Of a DNA stretch of 64,000 bases, positions 58,379 through 64,000 are shown in pieces. The position numbers and the translations under genes are program-made. Within the stretch, counting starts at the first letter, position 1. Each line of letters starts with the position of its first letter. The notes under the pieces are model-generated. The model was not told where the DNA came from and made no database searches. It saw only the letters and a program-made list of their open reading frames with translations. The DNA is from an uncultured Verrucomicrobiae bacterium (GTDB lineage: Bacteria > Verrucomicrobiota > Verrucomicrobiia > Chthoniobacterales > Xiphinematobacteraceae), in the NCBI GenBank assembly GCA_963706715.1, contig CAVPNI010000004.1, positions 256,001 to 320,000 on the forward strand, in the 5' to 3' direction.

Positions 58379-59269
58379 ATGAAGAATGGAATTGAATTGC
58401 TTCTTCTGCACCTTGCTACCGAGCGAGGCCTCTCTACGAATTATCAACTTTCCACACGACACTCGCTGGAATCCTTTTCTGCCTGGCTCAAGAAATCGTG
58501 TGGTACTGAGGTGGCTTCGGGGGTTTGCCCTGAACAGCTCACACAATACCTGGCCGACCGCAAATCCCAAGGATTAGCTGCGGCGTCTCTCAAGCTGGAA
58601 GCCGTAGCGCTTCGGATCTTTTTCCGCTTTCTTGCAGCCCGTTCTTACATTTCGGAAGACCCAGCACAATTCCTGGTAACCCCCAAAATCGAACAATATT
58701 TGCCCGAAACACTTAATTTGTCCGCTATGGAGCGGCTTCTGGAAAGCGTGGACGGGACGTCGCCTTTGGAATTACGCGATCGAGCGATGTTAGAGTTCCT
58801 CTATGCCTGCGGCCTGCGAGCCTCCGAACTTTGTTCCCTTCGCTTGGAAAATTTGGACCTCGAAGCACAATTTGTCCGAGTGACCGGAAAGGGTGAGAAG
58901 ACCCGCCTCGTTCCCGTCGGCTCTAAAGCCAAGGAGGCACTCACACGCTACCTCCATTTCGGTCGACCACAACTCGTGACACCTAAAACAAAAGCCGAGG
59001 TTTTCCTTTCCGTCCGCGGCAAGAAACTCACCCCGCAGCGTCTTTGGCAACTTATCAAACAATACGCGGCTCGATTAGGGATGGATGCCAATATCTATCC
59101 GCATCTTTTTCGACACTCATTTGCTACTCACCTTCTCAGTAATGGAGCGGATTTGCGCATTATTCAGGAATTGCTTGGCCATACGGATATTTCAACCACG
59201 CAGATCTATACCCATGTCGATCAGAATGCCCTCCATGCAGTGCACCGCAAATTTCACCCCAGAGCCTAA
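58379..59269 (+). CDS. xerD: Tyrosine recombinase XerD
   Basis: RDRAMLEFLYACGLRASEL, GKGEKTRLVP, PHLFRHSFATHLL, LGHTDISTTQIYTHV, HPRA. Confidence 0.9.
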   Translation: MKNGIELLLLHLATERGLSTNYQLSTRHSLESFSAWLKKSCGTEVASGVCPEQLTQYLADRKSQGLAAASLKLEAVALRIFFRFLAARSYISEDPAQFLVTPKIEQYLPETLNLSAMERLLESVDGTSPLELRDRAMLEFLYACGLRASELCSLRLENLDLEAQFVRVTGKGEKTRLVPVGSKAKEALTRYLHFGRPQLVTPKTKAEVFLSVRGKKLTPQRLWQLIKQYAARLGMDANIYPHLFRHSFATHLLSNGADLRIIQELLGHTDISTTQIYTHVDQNALHAVHRKFHPRA

Positions 59270-59311
59270 TTCATGAGTTCTCGGTTTGCAGAAGTTCACA
59301 ATCATCCTGAA

Positions 59312-59558
59312 TATAGCAAAGCCTGTATAAAATGATTACGCCTTTGCCGCCCTTTTGACTCACTCAGCCCCGCTGAGTCTCGCCCCTTCGGGGCTTGCCT
59401 TCGGCAAGTCTACCCCGGCCGTTCCCACGGCCAGGTGTTGCCTCCAAGCTTTGTTGCAAAAAATAGTCCGTATCTACAGATATGGCCTCTTTTTTGCGTC
59501 TTGCCTGGAGCCAAAATTTCAGTCAAATCCATGATCATTTTATACGGGCCTTGCTATA
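59312..59558 (-). mobile_element. Family-B MITE, long form
   Basis: Inverted near-identical copy of 5864-6110. Confidence 0.93.
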
Positions 59559-59743
59559 TAAGCAAGGGGATAAAGAAATTTCCTTGTTCTTTAAAAAATG
59601 ATGCCATGGCGTTCACTACCTTTGACAAAAATCTGGTAAACTACCCTCATTTTGTTGTGCATCCAAAGGATTCAAGTATTTAACAATCTGCATGTGACGA
59701 GCTTCCCATAGAGGACACTCAGGGGGCATCAGCCCATTTTCTA

Positions 59744-59765
59744 TAATTAGAATAATTCTTGATTA
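59744..59765. promoter_or_regulatory. Fur/PerR-box-like palindrome
   Basis: TAATTAGAATAATTCTTGATTA with AGAAT-A-ATTCT core just upstream of a Fur-family gene. Confidence 0.5.
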
Positions 59766-59791
59766 AAATAGTCACTGGGATATAGTTATGG

Positions 59792-60301
59792 TTGCGTGTG
59801 CAACATAGAAATGACATGAAACCACACCGGCAAAAATTTAAAAGGGATGCGGTAAAATCGCCGGGCCAATTTTCCTCCAATTCTTATGAAAAGGCTATTA
59901 GCTACAGTGGATTACGTCTGACCCCCCAACGACGTCACGTTTATGATGTTCTGATGGGGCGGAGGGATCATCCCAGTGCAACAGAGGTATTTTTGCGTGT
60001 CAAAAAGAACGCTCCGTCTATTTCACTTGCCACTGTTTATAATTGCCTGGAAACTCTGGTTATCTGTGGACTGGCCCGAGCAGTTCATGTGGACCGTGAG
60101 CCCACTCGATATTGTGCCAACCTTCGGGAGCATGGTCATTTTGTCTGTAATGAATGCGGAAAAGTCCACGATGTGGATTGGTCGGAGCCGCCGCAGAGTT
60201 CTCTCCCAGCAGATTATATTATCCATTCACAAGAAATGACGTTGCGGGGTCTCTGCAATAAATGTGCACCGTCTTCTCAACTTATAGCGGAGAACGTATA
60301 A
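59792..60301 (+). CDS. Fur/PerR family transcriptional regulator
   Basis: RLTPQRR, HPSATEV, SLATVYNCL, HGHFVCNECG, GLCNKC; start may be ATG 59816. Confidence 0.9.
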   Translation: MRVQHRNDMKPHRQKFKRDAVKSPGQFSSNSYEKAISYSGLRLTPQRRHVYDVLMGRRDHPSATEVFLRVKKNAPSISLATVYNCLETLVICGLARAVHVDREPTRYCANLREHGHFVCNECGKVHDVDWSEPPQSSLPADYIIHSQEMTLRGLCNKCAPSSQLIAENV

Positions 60302-60447
60302 AATGATAATACCTTTGACGTCCTTTTTGCCCCAAGGCTTTGTTACAAAAACGAATCCATATCTACGGATATGGCCTCATTTTTGCGCCGCGCCTGAAGC
60401 AAAAAAAACAGCCAAATGCGCAACCATCTTATACCTTCTTCGCTATA
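60283..60447 (-). mobile_element. Diverged short-form family-B MITE overlapping the fur-family stop codon
   Basis: TATAGC..GTATAAAATGA, internal TATCTAC.GATATGGCCTC, ends GCTATA; 165 bp. Confidence 0.75.
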
Positions 60448-60460
60448 TTATCCGTTCATT

Positions 60461-61213
60461 ATGAGTTCATTAACCATTCAAAACCTCCACGCCAATATTG
60501 GCGACAAGGAAATCCTTAAAGGCATTCAGCTTGAAATTCCGAAAGGGGAAGTACACGCCATTATGGGCAAAAATGGTTCCGGTAAAAGTACACTTGCCAA
60601 AATTATGGCAGGCCATCCTGGCTACACAGTAACCGCCGGCGATATTTTGCTGGATGCTGAGAGTCTCTTAAGTAAAGAACCCGAAGAACGCGCGCGCCTC
60701 GGCCTCTTCCTCGCATTTCAATATCCTTTGGAAGTTCCTGGCGTGACCATTGCAAACTTCATCCGTGCCGCCCTCCAAGCTCGCCTTCCCGAAGGAGAGG
60801 AACTGGAGGCTACCGATTACTACGCCGCACTTTATAGACAGATGGACGCCTTACAAATTCCACGGGTATTTACTTCCCGCTCTGTAAATGAAGGGTTTTC
60901 CGGAGGGGAAAAGAAACGCTGCGAAATCCTCCAAATGGCCATGCTGCGGCCCAACTATGCCGTATTGGATGAAACCGACAGCGGCCTGGATATCGACGCA
61001 TTGAAAATTGTTTCCGAAGGGGTGAATGCACTCCGCGGCCCTAACATTGGCATGCTGGTCATTACCCACTACCAAAGACTTTTGAATTACATTGTACCGG
61101 ACCGCATTCACGTAATGGCGGACGGCCAAATCGCTTGCAGCGGCGATAAGGAGCTCGCACTGAAACTTGAAGCCGAGGGCTATGATTGGGTAACCGCCTC
61201 CGCCCTCACTTAA
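60461..61213 (+). CDS. sufC: Fe-S cluster assembly ATPase
   Basis: [44 protein letters not shown]. Confidence 0.97.
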   Translation: MSSLTIQNLHANIGDKEILKGIQLEIPKGEVHAIMGKNGSGKSTLAKIMAGHPGYTVTAGDILLDAESLLSKEPEERARLGLFLAFQYPLEVPGVTIANFIRAALQARLPEGEELEATDYYAALYRQMDALQIPRVFTSRSVNEGFSGGEKKRCEILQMAMLRPNYAVLDETDSGLDIDALKIVSEGVNALRGPNIGMLVITHYQRLLNYIVPDRIHVMADGQIACSGDKELALKLEAEGYDWVTASALT

Positions 61214-61232
61214 CCTTCATCAAAACAAAACC

Positions 61233-62645
61233 ATGAGTACCGAAAACAAACCTCAAATCGATATTGATCGCTCGCACGGTGATTTCAGTTATAACGTGGA
61301 TTATGCCTACGATGCTGGCGTTGGTCTGAACGAAAAAACGATCAACTATATCTCCGGCGTCAAAGAAGAGCCGGATTGGATCCGTCAATTCCGCCATGAT
61401 GCTTATCGTAAATTCTTAGAGAAACCCCTTCCCACCCACTGGGCTAGTAAGGATCTTGAAAACATTCTCTTCGAAAATATTCGTTACTACCTCTCCCAAG
61501 GCCAACAGCCAAAGCGTTCCTGGGAAGAAGTACCCGAAGAAGTAAAACGCACCTTCGAACGACTGGGAATTCCTGAACAAGAACGCAAATTCCTAGCTGG
61601 TGTGGAAGCCCAATTCGATAGCGAATCCGCTTACACCAATATTAAGCAAGCTGTCGGAGAACAAGGAGTCATCTTTGTGGGCAGTACGGAAGGCTTAAAA
61701 AAACATCCGGAAATTTTCCGGAAATGGTTTGGAAAAGTCATCCCAACCGGGGACAATAAATTCAGTGCGCTGAACAGTGCTGTTTTTAGTGGAGGGAGCT
61801 TTATTTACGTGCCTCCTGGCGTTAAAGTAAAGCATCCCTTGCAGGCCTATTTCCGCATCAATGCGGAGAACTTTGGTCAATTTGAACGCACCCTGATCAT
61901 CGCGGATGAAGGCAGCGAAGTCATGTACATGGAAGGTTGTACGGCTCCAAAATTCGAAACAGCCACCCTTCATAGCGCCGTTGTGGAATTAGTTGCCCTT
62001 CCAGGTGCTAAAATTCAGTACATCACTGTACAGAATTGGAGCCCCAATGTCTTTAACTTAGTTACCAAACGTGGCCTCGCCCACGAAGAAGCCGAAATTA
62101 AATGGATCGACTGTAACATCGGATCGCGCCTCACCATGAAATACCCCGGCGTGGTCATGAAAGGACGCAAAGCCCGCGGAGAAGTGATCAGCATTGCCTT
62201 AGCAGGTGACGGCCAACATCAGGACACCGGTGCTAAAATGATCCACGCCGCTGATGAAACCACTAGCAATATCGTCTCCAAATCCATTAGCCTGGGAAAA
62301 GGGCGCGCTACCTACCGCGGTCTGGTCCATATACCTCGGCATCTCAAGGGCTGTAAGAATAACACCGAATGTGACGCTCTTTTGATCAACACAGACAGCC
62401 GCACGGATACCTACCCTACAATCACAGTGCGGGGACAAGGAAACGCCTGCCAACACGAAGCCAGCGTGAGTCAAATCAGCGCTGAACAAATTTTTTACAT
62501 GCAACAACGTGGCCTCAGTGAAGCGGAAGCTATGAGTCTTTCCGTCAATGGATTTGTCAACGACCTCGTTCGTCAATTTCCCATGGAGTATTCGGTTGAA
62601 CTCAAACGGCTCATCGAACTCGAAATGGAAGGCTCTGTTGGCTAG
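61233..62645 (+). CDS. sufB: Fe-S cluster assembly scaffold
   Basis: [45 protein letters not shown]. Confidence 0.97.
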   Translation: MSTENKPQIDIDRSHGDFSYNVDYAYDAGVGLNEKTINYISGVKEEPDWIRQFRHDAYRKFLEKPLPTHWASKDLENILFENIRYYLSQGQQPKRSWEEVPEEVKRTFERLGIPEQERKFLAGVEAQFDSESAYTNIKQAVGEQGVIFVGSTEGLKKHPEIFRKWFGKVIPTGDNKFSALNSAVFSGGSFIYVPPGVKVKHPLQAYFRINAENFGQFERTLIIADEGSEVMYMEGCTAPKFETATLHSAVVELVALPGAKIQYITVQNWSPNVFNLVTKRGLAHEEAEIKWIDCNIGSRLTMKYPGVVMKGRKARGEVISIALAGDGQHQDTGAKMIHAADETTSNIVSKSISLGKGRATYRGLVHIPRHLKGCKNNTECDALLINTDSRTDTYPTITVRGQGNACQHEASVSQISAEQIFYMQQRGLSEAEAMSLSVNGFVNDLVRQFPMEYSVELKRLIELEMEGSVG

Positions 62646-62650
62646 CACTC

Positions 62651-62738
62651 AGTTAGTAATTCGTGGTTGATAGTTTGTTTTTCCACCAACTAACAGCCGC
62701 CAACTTCTCTATGAACTACCAACCGCGAACTAACAACT
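62651..62738. repeat. Inverted 7-nt-periodic repeat between sufB and sufD
   Basis: AGTTAGT AATTCGT GGTTGAT AGTT versus AACTACC AACCGCG AACTAAC AACT. Confidence 0.6.
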
Positions 62739-62742
62739 AAAC

Positions 62743-64000
62743 ATGACCTTATCGCTTGCAGAGCCCCGCTCTATGGCATCTACTTCCAATCCACAATTTC
62801 AAGAAGACCCCGCCTGGCCGACCTGGTTTAGGGAATTACAATCTCAAGCGTGGACGGAATTTCTTTCCAGCCCCACACCGACCCGCGCTCAAGAAGCTTG
62901 GCGGTTTTCCAACCTGCAAGCCTTGGACCTTTCCGGTCTCCAATACGAAGCACCGGTAACCGTAACCACCCCCGCTCTTATTCAAAATAGTGTTGGCCTC
63001 ACCCGGAATGCGGCAGCGCGAATTATCTTTGCGAACCAGACCGTAATATCGGAAGAGACCACAAATCTCCCCCCCGGGGTCATAGTAGCCCCCTTAAAGA
63101 CTGCCATACGTTCTTCTGGTGAAGAACTCATTCGTCAGTATTTCATGAGGCAGCCAGTAGAACTTGGGTCACACAAATATGCACTTTGGCACAAAGCATC
63201 GCTGCGCAATGGTGTCCTAGTTTATGTACCACCCAACACAAGCGTTGAAGTACCCGTGGAAATATTTACCTGGCTAGAGGGAGACAACACAGCCTTGTTT
63301 CCTCATACGCTCATTATCTGCGGAAAAAATAGCCGTGTTACAGTATTAGATCACTTTCGTTCGACGTCCAATCATACAGGAGGATTTGTTTGTGGTATTA
63401 ATGATCTTCACCTCGCCGCTGGTGCGGAAGTCACATACGCCACAATTCAAGATTGGAATCTTACTACTCGCGCTTTGCATCTGAACTCCACTCTCGTTGC
63501 CGAAAATGCCAAGGCCACTGTCCTCCAAGCTAATTTTGGGGCTCGTTTTCTGCGGTCGGAAAGTTTGAGCCGCATGACGGGTCCCGGTGCACGAAGCCTC
63601 ATGTTATCACTGACTCCCGCCTTTGGAAATCGTGAAGTGGATCAACGGACTTTACAAGATCATGCTGCGCCAAATACTTCCAGCGACCTTCTTTATCACA
63701 ACACATTGGACGACTCGGCCCGCACGATTTTTGCCGGTCTCATCCGCGTGGAGCCCCATGCGCACCAAACCGATGCTTATCAAAAAGTTCGCAATCTGAT
63801 TTTAAGCGACAGTGCTGAGGCGAATTCCATGCCGGGATTGGAAATCCTGGCGGACAATGTCCGTTGCACCCACGGCGCCACATCCGCTCAAATCAACGAA
63901 GAGGAACTCTTCTATATGCAAACTCGCGGCATTTCTCTCACTCAAGGCCGCCGCCTCATCGCCAATGGCTTCCTCGCTTCAGTGCTGGAACGCGTGGAAA
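62743..64000 (+). CDS. sufD: Fe-S cluster assembly protein SufD (runs off the window)
   Basis: Not in the ORF track because no stop lies in the window; ATG 62743; EAWRFSN; QTDAYQKVRNLILS...ANSMPGLEILADNVRCTHGAT. Confidence 0.93.
   Translation, partial: MTLSLAEPRSMASTSNPQFQEDPAWPTWFRELQSQAWTEFLSSPTPTRAQEAWRFSNLQALDLSGLQYEAPVTVTTPALIQNSVGLTRNAAARIIFANQTVISEETTNLPPGVIVAPLKTAIRSSGEELIRQYFMRQPVELGSHKYALWHKASLRNGVLVYVPPNTSVEVPVEIFTWLEGDNTALFPHTLIICGKNSRVTVLDHFRSTSNHTGGFVCGINDLHLAAGAEVTYATIQDWNLTTRALHLNSTLVAENAKATVLQANFGARFLRSESLSRMTGPGARSLMLSLTPAFGNREVDQRTLQDHAAPNTSSDLLYHNTLDDSARTIFAGLIRVEPHAHQTDAYQKVRNLILSDSAEANSMPGLEILADNVRCTHGATSAQINEEELFYMQTRGISLTQGRRLIANGFLASVLERVE

Noticed and set aside
58379..59269. 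Prophage or integron integrase
   Set aside because: Canonical XerD signature ending HPRA in a housekeeping context; no att sites or cassettes seen.
1..64000. tRNA or rRNA genes
   Set aside because: No cloverleaf or rRNA signature was recognised by eye; a tRNAscan or Rfam run would be needed to exclude them fully.

Overview
A 64-kb bacterial chromosome segment. The gene set (Verru_Chthon-like pilin cassette, GuaB3-type IMPDH, short NuoG) suggests a Verrucomicrobia/Chthoniobacterales-like and possibly host-associated organism; this assignment is inference. It carries housekeeping genes (gpmI, pncB, metE, hisI, fabF, nuoG-N, argA, purM/F/C, dnaA-dnaN with a probable oriC, arfB, xerD, fur-family gene with sufCBD), an autotransporter, an exbB-exbD-tonB-like operon and two tandem multi-pass membrane paralogues. 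One paralogue is split in frame by a complete group II intron (23719-25738), and removing the intron restores a 548-aa protein colinear with the intron-free neighbour. Other large mobile elements are an intact IS701-family element and a doubly frameshifted ISL3. The intergenic DNA is dominated by small repeats: family A (~83 bp with 7-bp TTACNNN duplications), families B and C (TA-flanked MITEs sharing a covarying four-hairpin cassette) and family D (~125-bp palindrome ending in covarying GAA-triloop hairpins). These nest inside one another and supply stop codons, coding residues and possibly an RBS to host genes. A hairpin-rich non-coding element at 477-812 may be an orphan IS110-type (bridge-RNA-like) remnant. 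No rRNA, tRNA or CRISPR array was seen.
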